Source of the DNA: Candidatus Moraniibacteriota bacterium
Lineage (GTDB): Bacteria > Patescibacteriota > Minisyncoccia > Moranbacterales > UBA2206
Assembly: GCA_030645735.1 (NCBI GenBank)
Contig: JAUSNP010000005.1
Location: forward strand, 8,151-72,150
Direction of reading: 5' to 3'
Length of the DNA: 64,000 nt
Of the stretch, positions 39,120 to 47,564 are shown piece after piece. The first letter of the stretch is position 1. The number at the start of each line of letters is the position of its first letter. Made by a program: the position numbers and the translations under genes. Below the pieces are notes generated by a model. The model ran no database searches. It had not been told where the DNA came from and saw only the letters and a program-made list of their open reading frames with translations.

Positions 39120-39749
39120 TTGTATTTCATGGGAATTTTTGATTTTATTTTGCACATTGATGTGCATTTGGGTGAGCTGATTGTGACTTATGGAAAGTTA
39201 ACCTATGCTATTTTGTTTTTGATAATCTTTGCTGAAACTGGTTTTGTTTTCACTCCATTTTTGCCTGGTGATTCATTGCTCTTTGCTGGCGGTATGTTTG
39301 CGGCCACTGGATCGTTCAATGTGATTGTTTTGGCACTTCTGCTTTGGTCTGCAGCTTTTTTGGGCGACAATATAAATTATTGGATAGGTCATTATTTTGG
39401 ACAAAAGATAATCAATAATAAATATATCCCAATTAACCAGAAACATATTGATAAGACGCAAGAATTTTATGAGAAGCATGGTGGCAAGACAGTTTTTTTG
39501 GCTCGTTTTATGCCGATTGTTAGAACCTTTGCGCCATTTGTCGCGGGCATTGGCAAGATGCAATATCGAAAGTTTGTTTCTTATAGTTTTCTAGGTGGTT
39601 TCACTTGGATAGTTGGTTTTGTTTTCGTTGGATATTTTTTCGGTAACATTCCAGTTATCAAGAATAATTTTTCCGTGGTGATTATGGGTATAATAATAAT
39701 TTCAGTTTTCCCAGCCATATTTAAATTGGTGAAGAGTAAACTTAAATAA
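39120..39749 (+). CDS. DedA-family membrane protein
   Basis: 209 aa; FAETGFVFTPFLPGDSLLFAGG. Confidence 0.8.
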   Translation: MYFMGIFDFILHIDVHLGELIVTYGKLTYAILFLIIFAETGFVFTPFLPGDSLLFAGGMFAATGSFNVIVLALLLWSAAFLGDNINYWIGHYFGQKIINNKYIPINQKHIDKTQEFYEKHGGKTVFLARFMPIVRTFAPFVAGIGKMQYRKFVSYSFLGGFTWIVGFVFVGYFFGNIPVIKNNFSVVIMGIIIISVFPAIFKLVKSKLK

Positions 39750-39754
39750 AAAAT

Positions 39755-40522
39755 ATGAAAAAATTTGTCATTGGAAATTTGAAGATGAATATCTTGTCGA
39801 TGTCTGAGCGCGAAATCTATTTGAAAGGCATGGATCGCGTGACTACGGGCAAGAAATTCACGGGTACAGAAATTATTTTGTGTCCGCCATTTGTACATTT
39901 GGAGGGTTTCAAGAAATGGAAAAACAAGAAGGTGAAACGCGGAGCGCAAGATATATTTTTTGAAAATAAAGGTTCTTTTACGGGTGAAATTTCTCCAGTC
40001 ATGCTCAAGAATTTCGGTTGTGAATATGTGATCATTGGACATAGTGAAAGAAGAAAATATTTTGGTGAAAGTGGAGAATTTATTAATCACAAAATCATCG
40101 CAGCGCTGGGAAATGATTTGCATCCAATTTTGTGTGTTGGTGAAACGAAAGACGAAAAGGATTCTGACTACACCTTGGAAGTTATCACGCGCCAAGTCAA
40201 GGAAGCTTTGGCGGGCGTGAGTCGCGCCAAGGCTGGCCAAATTATCATTGCCTATGAACCAGTTTGGTCAGTTGGGACAGATGCCCTGCCAACCTCTAAT
40301 GAAGTGATGGGTGCTAAGCTCCTCATTCGCAAGATTTTGCATGAACTTTTTGGCAAGAAATATGCTGAAGAGGTGGCGATTTTGTATGGTGGCAGTGTTA
40401 GTGCCAAAACTGTCCAGCAAGTTTGCATTGATTCAGAAATGGATGGAGCACTGATTGGCCGAGAGAGTTTGACCCCAGGAGATTTTATAAAAATTGCAGA
40501 AATAATAAATAATAACCAATAA
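39755..40522 (+). CDS. tpiA: triosephosphate isomerase
   Basis: 255 aa; VIGNLKMN, IIGHSERR. Confidence 0.9.
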   Translation: MKKFVIGNLKMNILSMSEREIYLKGMDRVTTGKKFTGTEIILCPPFVHLEGFKKWKNKKVKRGAQDIFFENKGSFTGEISPVMLKNFGCEYVIIGHSERRKYFGESGEFINHKIIAALGNDLHPILCVGETKDEKDSDYTLEVITRQVKEALAGVSRAKAGQIIIAYEPVWSVGTDALPTSNEVMGAKLLIRKILHELFGKKYAEEVAILYGGSVSAKTVQQVCIDSEMDGALIGRESLTPGDFIKIAEIINNNQ

Positions 40523-40672
40523 CCAAGAAACAAAAACACAAACACAAACACCTGCCTGCCGGCAGGCAGGAATAACAAATTCAAATATCCAAAATACAAA
40601 CTTTTGATTTTTGAATTTTGAGCATTGGATATTGTTTGGCTATTGTATCTTGCGATTTGGTATTTTAAATCC

Positions 40673-41545
40673 ATGATCGTCAGCGTCAAAGAAATTTTAG
40701 AAAAAGCCAAGGCTGGTGGCTATGCCGTGGGAGCTTTCAATACCACCAATTTGGAAACTACTCGCGCTATCGTAGAAGCTGCCAAGGAAACTAAGTCACC
40801 AGTCATCATTCAGGTGACGGAAAAGACTATGGAATATGCTGGTGGACGCATGATTTTCAACATTATCAAAAATGATGTGGAATTTTATGCGCCAGAAATT
40901 CCAGTGGGGATTCATCTGGATCATGGTTCAAGTTTTGAAATTGTGGAGCGAGCAGTGGAAATTGGTTGGTCATCGGTGATGTATGATGGTTCACGCAAAG
41001 AATATGCGGATAATGTTTCAATGACGAAAAAAGTGGTGGATTTTTGCCACAAAAAAGGCGGTGATAATATAACTGTGCAAGGCGAATTGGGTAGTGTGCC
41101 ATATCTAAGCGAGCACAAAATGGGGGCGGTGGACTGGGATGCATATATGACTGATCCAGAACAAGCTAGGGATTTTGTAGAAAAAACTGGCATTGATACA
41201 TTGGCGGTAGCGATTGGTAATGCCCATGGATTTTTCACCGAGCGGGAAGTTCCAGATTGGGCGAGATTGGAAAAAATTCGCAGCATGATCGAGATTCCAA
41301 TTATTTTGCATGGCGCTTCTGATTGGGAAGATGGCAAGGCGACCAAAGCTATTGAATTGGGCGTGAATTGTTTCAATGTGGACACCAACACTCGTTTGGC
41401 TTTCGTGAACACGCTGAGTACGATTTTCAAGGGTGATAAGGATCCTGGTCTTGATTTGCGCAGTATTCTTGGCGAAGCGCGTGACGCGGTCAAAGAAAGT
41501 GTGAAAAGAAAAATGGAGCTTTTTGGTTGCGTGGGCAAAGCGTAG
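40673..41545 (+). CDS. fba: class II fructose-bisphosphate aldolase
   Basis: AVGAFNTTNLE, IHLDHGSS; start moved to MIVSVKEIL (the ORF-track N-terminus is hydrophobic and non-homologous). Confidence 0.85.
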   Translation: MIVSVKEILEKAKAGGYAVGAFNTTNLETTRAIVEAAKETKSPVIIQVTEKTMEYAGGRMIFNIIKNDVEFYAPEIPVGIHLDHGSSFEIVERAVEIGWSSVMYDGSRKEYADNVSMTKKVVDFCHKKGGDNITVQGELGSVPYLSEHKMGAVDWDAYMTDPEQARDFVEKTGIDTLAVAIGNAHGFFTEREVPDWARLEKIRSMIEIPIILHGASDWEDGKATKAIELGVNCFNVDTNTRLAFVNTLSTIFKGDKDPGLDLRSILGEARDAVKESVKRKMELFGCVGKA

Positions 41546-41651
41546 AACGTAAATTGTGAAACGCATAACGCGCAACAAAATTATTTGCAAGATATAATTT
41601 TTTTAAAAATATTTCGCGTTTCAGGTTTTGCGATACGCGTTATACGATAAA
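41546..41651 (+). repeat. intergenic heptamer-motif region (family member B)
   Basis: agaacgtaaattgtgaaacgcATAACGCgcaac ... tatttcgcg ... ttgcgatacgcgttatacg upstream of the ATG at 41652. Confidence 0.5.
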
Positions 41652-42092
41652 ATGACTGTTGAAAAAATTCTTTTGGAATTTGATGTGGAATTGAAAAATC
41701 TTTTGCCAGCGTTGAAAAAAATCAATGCTAGTTTTGGCTATGTTTCAGAAATGGATGCACAAAAAGTAGCTGACTACTTTTCTATGTCACTCAGCAAGGT
41801 TTATGAAACTGCCAGTTTCTATGATTTGATCAAAACCAAGCCACAGCCACCTTTAGTGATTCAAGTTTGTTCCGGAGCTAATTGCGCGGTGAAAAATGCC
41901 TACAAAGTCATTGTAGAAATTGAAAACCAATTGCACATCAAAGCTGGGGATGATTTCAATCCGAATGTGAAACTGGAAATCATCAGTTGTCTCGGACAAT
42001 GCGGTCGCGGACCAATTATGATCATCAACAAAAAAATCTTCACCCAAGTTACACCCAGCAGCGCGCGGGAAATTTTGCAGAATTATATGTAA
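41652..42092 (+). CDS. NuoE/HoxE/HydC-like thioredoxin-fold [2Fe-2S] subunit
   Basis: CSGANCAVKN...ISCLGQCGRGP (Cx4C...Cx3C); start moved to the ATG at 41652 (the track used TTG at 41628). Confidence 0.75.
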   Translation: MTVEKILLEFDVELKNLLPALKKINASFGYVSEMDAQKVADYFSMSLSKVYETASFYDLIKTKPQPPLVIQVCSGANCAVKNAYKVIVEIENQLHIKAGDDFNPNVKLEIISCLGQCGRGPIMIINKKIFTQVTPSSAREILQNYM

Positions 42093-42433
42093 AATATTTT
42101 GCTGTTCTTATGTAAAAAATCGAGGTCTTACCTCGATTTTTTTGTTGTGCCATAAAAACTTAAAAGCCCTCAATGCAGGAGACAGAGTCTGCTCACAATA
42201 TTTATTTCTGCTACGAAAGAAATATTATGAGCAGACCCTAGGCGTCTGAGTCCCTTGAAAAATTTAACGGAAAAAATAATTTTTTCCCTGAAAAACCAGG
42301 TGGGTCTCAATTTTTCGCCTCTCCATTCTGAAGGCTTTCGGCTATATTATAGTCCTGTTTTCAAATTCTGGCAAGGGTAGATTTTTGTTTGAACAATTTT
42401 TGGCTTAAAATAGGCAATAATCTTGGTAAATAT

Positions 42434-42465
42434 TGACTTTATTTCAATTTTGCTGTATAATGACA
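42434..42465 (+). promoter_or_regulatory. sigma70-like promoter
   Basis: TTGACT, 17 nt, TATAAT, ~45 nt upstream of the SD AAGGAGG and the ATG at 42513. Confidence 0.6.
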
Positions 42466-42512
42466 AATTACGGTAAGTAATTCAGAAACTCAAAACCTCA
42501 AGGAGGATTGTC

Positions 42513-42908
42513 ATGAAGAAATTACTTGTTCTTTTTGCAGTATTTTTGGTGTTGGTGCCGTCTATGTCATTTGCTAGACTTAACGCGAATCAAGGCGGAT
42601 GGCGTGGTGATGGACGGAGACATGAACATCGCGGCGGTGAAAATCGTCGCCAGAATAATAAAAAACATAGCTATGAGCATCATCGTAGCAGTCGCGGTGG
42701 AGGCATAGTCGGCGGGTTCATTCGCGATGTATTAACTGCAACAACAGTAATCGTTGTAGGCGGCGTAGTAATTGGGGTGGCCAGCGCAATAGAACGGTCA
42801 GCACAGAATGGTCAGTGCTACAGAGATGTGACACCTGGATACACTGATGGGTATGGGCGGTTCATATCAACTGGCCCGACTCAAAGAACTCAAGTTTCTT
42901 GTCGGTAG
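42513..42908 (+). CDS. exported His/Arg/Gly-rich protein with a glycine-zipper TM segment
   Basis: 131 aa; signal peptide MKKLLVLFAVFLVLVPSMSFA; His-rich stretch RRHEHRGGENRRQNNKKHSYEHHRSSRGGG; GxxxG-rich helix. Confidence 0.5.
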   Translation: MKKLLVLFAVFLVLVPSMSFARLNANQGGWRGDGRRHEHRGGENRRQNNKKHSYEHHRSSRGGGIVGGFIRDVLTATTVIVVGGVVIGVASAIERSAQNGQCYRDVTPGYTDGYGRFISTGPTQRTQVSCR

Positions 42909-43023
42909 TATCAAATGGGGGGTAGCTTAGAAAAATGGCGGACTTGTGAAACGCAAGGATGCCATTTTTATTTTGAAAAAAATATGCAAAAAGTGATTGT
43001 CGGGATATAATAGAAGTACTTGT

Positions 43024-43141
43024 CCCGCACTAACTTTTCAAGTCGCTTGTGTCACTTTTGAAGTATACGCGGGAGAGTTAATTATTTACGACTTTTAAAT
43101 ATAATTTCACAAGAATTATTATGTTGAAAAGTTAGTGCGGG
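43024..43141. promoter_or_regulatory. 18-bp perfect inverted repeat bracketing the 5' leader and start codon of the NuoF-like gene
   Basis: CCCGCACTAACTTTTCAA (43024-43041) and TTGAAAAGTTAGTGCGGG (43124-43141); the ATG follows at 43142. Confidence 0.6.
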
Positions 43142-44386
43142 ATGAAGAAGGAAACAAAAATAATAACCAAAAATTGGGGTCAGATAGATCCAAATGAGAT
43201 TGATGACTCGATTGAAGTGGGTGGCTATCAAGCGTTGGAAAAATTCATTCACAAAATGACGCCAGTTTTGGCTTTGGAGGAAATCAAGCTTTCTGGCTTG
43301 TGTGGGCGCGGTGGTGCTGGTTTTCCAACGGGAATGAAATTGGAGTCTGTGCAGAAAGAGAAAAGCAAAGAAAAATATTTTATTTGCAATCTGGATGAAT
43401 CAGAGCCAGGGACATACAAAGATCGTTCGATTGTAGACAATGATCCACATATGCTTTTAGAAGGCGTCATTATCGAATCTTTGATTGTGGGTGCACGAAA
43501 AGCGTTCGTCTATGTCAATGGTAACTATCAAAGACAAATTGAAATTTTGCAACGGGCGGTGGAGCAAGCACAAGAAAAAAGGATTCTTGGTGAGAAAATT
43601 TTAGGTTCCAGATATTCATTGGAGGTTGAAATTTTTGCAGGTGCAGGCGCGTATATTTGCGGTGAAGAAACTGCCCTTATTAATTCGATTGAAGGCAATC
43701 GCGGTGAGCCGAAATCACGTCCACCTTTTCCAACGCAAGTCGGACTTTTTGGCAAACCAACGGCCGTGAATAACGCTGAGACCGTGGCCAACATTCCCTG
43801 GATAATTTCCAATGGTGGAAAAAAATATGCAGCCATTGGTTCAAAAAAATCAGCTGGTACCAAACTTTTCATCGTGAATGGATCCGTCAAAAATCCAGAT
43901 GTTTTTGAGGCGCCATTGGGCACAAAACTTTCTGATTTGATTGAAAAGTATGCTGGTGGGATGCAGAAAGGTAAAAATTTTTGGTTTGCGCAGGTGGGCG
44001 GCTCATCTGGGCGTTTGGTTCTGGAAAAAGATTTGGTTAGGAAATTGGAATATGATCGTGAAGCCAAAGTTCCTTTGGGATCTGGCGCAATTTTGGTGGT
44101 GGACAAAACAGTGGATATTCATGAATTGTTGTTGTCGTGGATGAGTTTTTTCCATCGCGAATCCTGTGGCAAATGCGTGCCATGTCGCGAAGGCACATTT
44201 CGCCTCTGGGAAATCGCCAAGCGTCTGCAAGATGGACAAGTTTCTGAGCGGGATGTGGCGGCTATCAAAGACATTCTGTGGACGCTCAGCAACACCACAT
44301 TTTGTCCATTGGGCAAATTTGCAGCCACGGCTTTTGGTGATGCGATAAGCAATTTTCAAAAAGAGATTTATAAGCTATCTAGGTGA
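43142..44386 (+). CDS. NuoF/HoxF/HydB-like NAD(P)H-binding FMN/[4Fe-4S] subunit
   Basis: 414 aa; GRGGAGFPTGMK, YICGEETALINSIEG, CGKCVPCREGT. Confidence 0.85.
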   Translation: MKKETKIITKNWGQIDPNEIDDSIEVGGYQALEKFIHKMTPVLALEEIKLSGLCGRGGAGFPTGMKLESVQKEKSKEKYFICNLDESEPGTYKDRSIVDNDPHMLLEGVIIESLIVGARKAFVYVNGNYQRQIEILQRAVEQAQEKRILGEKILGSRYSLEVEIFAGAGAYICGEETALINSIEGNRGEPKSRPPFPTQVGLFGKPTAVNNAETVANIPWIISNGGKKYAAIGSKKSAGTKLFIVNGSVKNPDVFEAPLGTKLSDLIEKYAGGMQKGKNFWFAQVGGSSGRLVLEKDLVRKLEYDREAKVPLGSGAILVVDKTVDIHELLLSWMSFFHRESCGKCVPCREGTFRLWEIAKRLQDGQVSERDVAAIKDILWTLSNTTFCPLGKFAATAFGDAISNFQKEIYKLSR

Positions 44387-44394
44387 TATAAGTT

Positions 44395-45801
44395 ATGAGG
44401 ATAAAAATCAATACAAAAGAATATGAAGCCAAAGACGGAGAAATGATTCTGGATGTTTGTCGTAGAAATGGAATTCAAGTTCCAACTTTGTGTTCAATTC
44501 CAAAATTTCATGAGGGTGTGTGTCGGATTTGCATGGTGGAAAATGGTGGGCGATTGACGACTTCTTGCAATGTGAAAGCTTCTGAAGGTATGGAGGTTGT
44601 GACAGAAAGTGAAGATGTGTCCAAGGCGCGCCGAATCAATTTGGAATTGTTGTGGGCGGACCACGCCGGCAAATGTTCAACTTGCAAGAAAAATCAGCGT
44701 TGTGAATTGCAAAATCTGGCCATTAGTCAAAAGATTGAAAATTTTCATTTTGTGCCACGCAAAGAAGAAATGACAGATAGTGAGAATCTCGATCTTTTGA
44801 AAGACAATCGTTCTCGGGTGGTGGTGGACGATGGCAACGCGTGTCTAACACGCACTACAGAATTGTGTGTGGAATGTCGTCGTTGCATCAATGTGTGTCC
44901 AACCAAAGAATTGTCATTCAACCATCGCGCGGGAGACACGGTGGTTGGCACAGCCTATGAAAAGTCGCTGGATTGCATCTTCTGTGGTCAGTGTGTGAAG
45001 AATTGTCCGACAGGAGCAATTACGGACAAAAATGATTTGACCAAGATTATGATAGATCTTGCTGACTTGAAAAAAATGGCCATAGCGTTGATTGATCCGG
45101 CAGTTTTGGAAAGCGTGGCCTTTGAACATCCTGAAATTGATTCACGTGGAAAATTGATTAGCGCCCTGAAAGGAATTGGTTTTGAAAAAGTTTTTGACTT
45201 GGGCTTTGGTATGGAATTGGCTTTGGAAAATATGACGCAGGAGATTAAAAAAAGTAGTAAAAACAATCTACTGCTCAACCATTGTCCATCATTCAATTTG
45301 TTTGTAAAAAAATATTATCCGCAGTTTGCCAAGAACATTCTGACTGTGGCACATCCTGATGAGTTGACGGCCGATTTTCTGAAAACTGAATTTGCCAAGA
45401 AGGAAAAAATAAACTCAGAGGATTTAGTAGTGATCTCATTGTCATCTTGTGTGGCAAAGAAAAAAGAGAAGGGGAAGAATTTGGATTATGTCATCACGGT
45501 TAGAGAATTGGGACGCATAATTCGTCAGAAAAATTTGAAATTGAAAGATATCAAAGAAAGTGATTTCAGTTCTGGACTGGCCGTGAAAGATGAAAAAATA
45601 AAGAGCATCACAAGAACTGGTGGGATGGCGGAGATGTTGGCCAAGAAATTGAAAGTCAAATATATAGTGGCTGATGGCGTGTCACAAATAAAAAACATTC
45701 TGCGGGATTTGGAAAAAGGACGAGTGGAAACTAAAATCATTGAAGCGATGGTGTGTGAAGGAGGATGTGTGAATGGTGGCGGACAGGCTAGGAAATTATA
45801 A
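44395..45801 (+). CDS. [FeFe]-hydrogenase HydA-like protein (NuoG-like N-terminus plus H-cluster domain with a variant L1 motif)
   Basis: 468 aa; N-terminal 2Fe-2S, H-x3-C-x2-C-x5-C, two CxxCxxCxxxCP; H-domain aligns to C. pasteurianum CpI (FDLGFG; L1 NHCPSF in place of TSCCPxW; L2 SSCVAKKKE; L3 EAMVCEGGCVNGGGQ). Confidence 0.7.
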   Translation: MRIKINTKEYEAKDGEMILDVCRRNGIQVPTLCSIPKFHEGVCRICMVENGGRLTTSCNVKASEGMEVVTESEDVSKARRINLELLWADHAGKCSTCKKNQRCELQNLAISQKIENFHFVPRKEEMTDSENLDLLKDNRSRVVVDDGNACLTRTTELCVECRRCINVCPTKELSFNHRAGDTVVGTAYEKSLDCIFCGQCVKNCPTGAITDKNDLTKIMIDLADLKKMAIALIDPAVLESVAFEHPEIDSRGKLISALKGIGFEKVFDLGFGMELALENMTQEIKKSSKNNLLLNHCPSFNLFVKKYYPQFAKNILTVAHPDELTADFLKTEFAKKEKINSEDLVVISLSSCVAKKKEKGKNLDYVITVRELGRIIRQKNLKLKDIKESDFSSGLAVKDEKIKSITRTGGMAEMLAKKLKVKYIVADGVSQIKNILRDLEKGRVETKIIEAMVCEGGCVNGGGQARKL

Positions 45802-45811
45802 GAGTACTCCT

Positions 45812-45910
45812 GTCATTCCGGCTTTGAGCCGGAATCTTCTCACTGTAATTGCGAATCTAAATTTATTTCCATGAAACATGGAGGAGATCCCGGGTCAAGC
45901 CCGGGATGAC
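45812..45910. repeat. compound palindromic repeat element (copy 1)
   Basis: GTCATTCCGGCtttgAGCCGGAATC ... GATCCCGGGtcaagCCCGGGATGAC. Confidence 0.7.
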
Positions 45911-45935
45911 ATACTAAATATTAAATTTTAAAATT

Positions 45936-46139
45936 ATGTGTCTTGCAATCCCTGGAAAAATTCTAAAAATCAAAGGTGAAACAGCCGAAATTGATTTCAA
46001 TGGCATCCGCAAAGAAGTGAATATTGCCATGGTTGATGTTGCAATCGGCGATTTTGTCATGGTGCACGCTGGTTTTGCGATTGAAAAGATGGACATGGAT
46101 TTGGCTTCAGAAATTCAAGGATATTTAGATAAAAAATGA
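45936..46139 (+). CDS. hypC: hydrogenase maturation factor HypC
   Basis: 67 aa; MCLAIPGKILKI. Confidence 0.85.
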   Translation: MCLAIPGKILKIKGETAEIDFNGIRKEVNIAMVDVAIGDFVMVHAGFAIEKMDMDLASEIQGYLDKK

Positions 46140-47176
46140 AATTAGACAAACAAAAACTTTTGCAAAGTATTAAAGATAATGCCAATCAAATTGGTCGGCC
46201 TTTGCGATTGATGGAATTGTGCGGGACGCATTCGCAGTCGATTGCGCAACATGGCATCAAGAGTTTGATGCCCAAAAATGTAAAGTTGGTTTCCGGCCCA
46301 GGCTGTCCGGTGTGTGTGACTGATCAGACGGACATTGATGTGATGGTGGGCTTGGCTTTGGCTGGCATTCCCGTGGCGGTCTATGGTGACACGATGCAGG
46401 TGCCGGGGAATTTGATGAGCTTGGAGGAGGCGAAAAGGCAGGGTGCAGACGTGAGCATTGTCTATGATATCACTGAGGCGGTGGCGATGAGCCAAGAGAA
46501 AAGAGGCTTGGTATTTTTTGGTTTGGGATTTGAGACGACCACTGGCATGACCGCTTGGGCAATTCAGCAAGGTCTAATTGTTTATTGCGCACACAAAATT
46601 TTTCCACCGGCGATGAGCGCGCTTTTGGCTAACAAAAAAATCAAAGTCGGTGGCTTTTTGAATCCCGGTCACGTCAGCTCCATCATTGGTACGAAAGTTT
46701 ATGAACAATTCAAAATTCCACAAGTGGTGGCTGGCTTTGATGGAGAAGGAATACTCTTGGCAATTGAAATGTTGTTGACACAGATTTTGGAAAACAAAAC
46801 AATTGTGCAAAACGCATATACCAGCTTGGTCAAAAAGGACGGCAATCCCAAAGCGCGCAAATTGATTTCTGAAGTTTTCGAAATCTCGGATGCGCGTTGG
46901 CGTGGGTTGGGAGAAATCAAAAAATCAGGCTTGAAAATTCGCAAGAAATATAAAAAGCAAGATGCGGAATTTGTGTATGCCAATCTGATCAAAAAAATCA
47001 GAAAAGAAATCAAACCCAAGTTGAGTGCTTGCAAATGTGGCTTGGTGTTGCAAGGACTCATTGAATCCAAGGAATGTCCATTGTTTGGCAAGGTCTGCAC
47101 GCTAGATAATCCACAAGGTGCTTGCATGGTTTCGGTAGAAGGGAGTTGTAATGTAGAATATAGATATGGAAAATAA
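46136..47176 (+). CDS. hypD: hydrogenase maturation factor HypD
   Basis: 346 aa; CGTHSQSI, GPGCPVCV, C-terminal CxxC-rich region. Confidence 0.85.
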   Translation: MKLDKQKLLQSIKDNANQIGRPLRLMELCGTHSQSIAQHGIKSLMPKNVKLVSGPGCPVCVTDQTDIDVMVGLALAGIPVAVYGDTMQVPGNLMSLEEAKRQGADVSIVYDITEAVAMSQEKRGLVFFGLGFETTTGMTAWAIQQGLIVYCAHKIFPPAMSALLANKKIKVGGFLNPGHVSSIIGTKVYEQFKIPQVVAGFDGEGILLAIEMLLTQILENKTIVQNAYTSLVKKDGNPKARKLISEVFEISDARWRGLGEIKKSGLKIRKKYKKQDAEFVYANLIKKIRKEIKPKLSACKCGLVLQGLIESKECPLFGKVCTLDNPQGACMVSVEGSCNVEYRYGK

Positions 47177-47564
47177 CAAGATTAAAACTATAGTAAGCTG
47201 GCTTCTTGTTTTGGTGTGGGCAATTATTATTTTTGGTCTTTCGGCTATGCCAGGCACTGGAGATCACCCATATAGCTTGTTCTATTTTGTGGAAAGAAAA
47301 ACTTTTCATGTGCTTGAATATTTTGTCTTAAGTATTTTGTTGTGGCGAGCTTGGGCGCAAAATTTTTCCCAGAAAAAATCATTTTGGTTTGCAGGAATAA
47401 CAACCTTGTTATATGCAGCATCAGATGAGTGGCACCAGACTTTTGTTTTCGGCCGAGAAGGTGTGTTGAGAGATGTAGTTATTGATTCAATTGGAATATT
47501 TCTAGCTGTAATTTTTATTTTGAAATTTAAACAATGGAAAGAGAAAAGAAAACAATTGAATTAG
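47166..47564 (+). CDS. VanZ-family membrane protein
   Basis: 132 aa; overlaps the hypD 3' end and the hypE 5' end. Confidence 0.6.
   Translation: MENNKIKTIVSWLLVLVWAIIIFGLSAMPGTGDHPYSLFYFVERKTFHVLEYFVLSILLWRAWAQNFSQKKSFWFAGITTLLYAASDEWHQTFVFGREGVLRDVVIDSIGIFLAVIFILKFKQWKEKRKQLN

Noticed and set aside
39581-40240. 219-aa minus-strand ORF antisense to tpiA
   Set aside because: tpiA on the + strand has strong homology. The antisense product shows no motifs.
40921-41590. 205-aa and 161-aa minus-strand ORFs antisense to fba
   Set aside because: Class II aldolase on the + strand is unambiguous.
43528-44359. 192-aa and 118-aa minus-strand ORFs antisense to the NuoF-like gene
   Set aside because: Sense strand carries diagnostic NuoF motifs.
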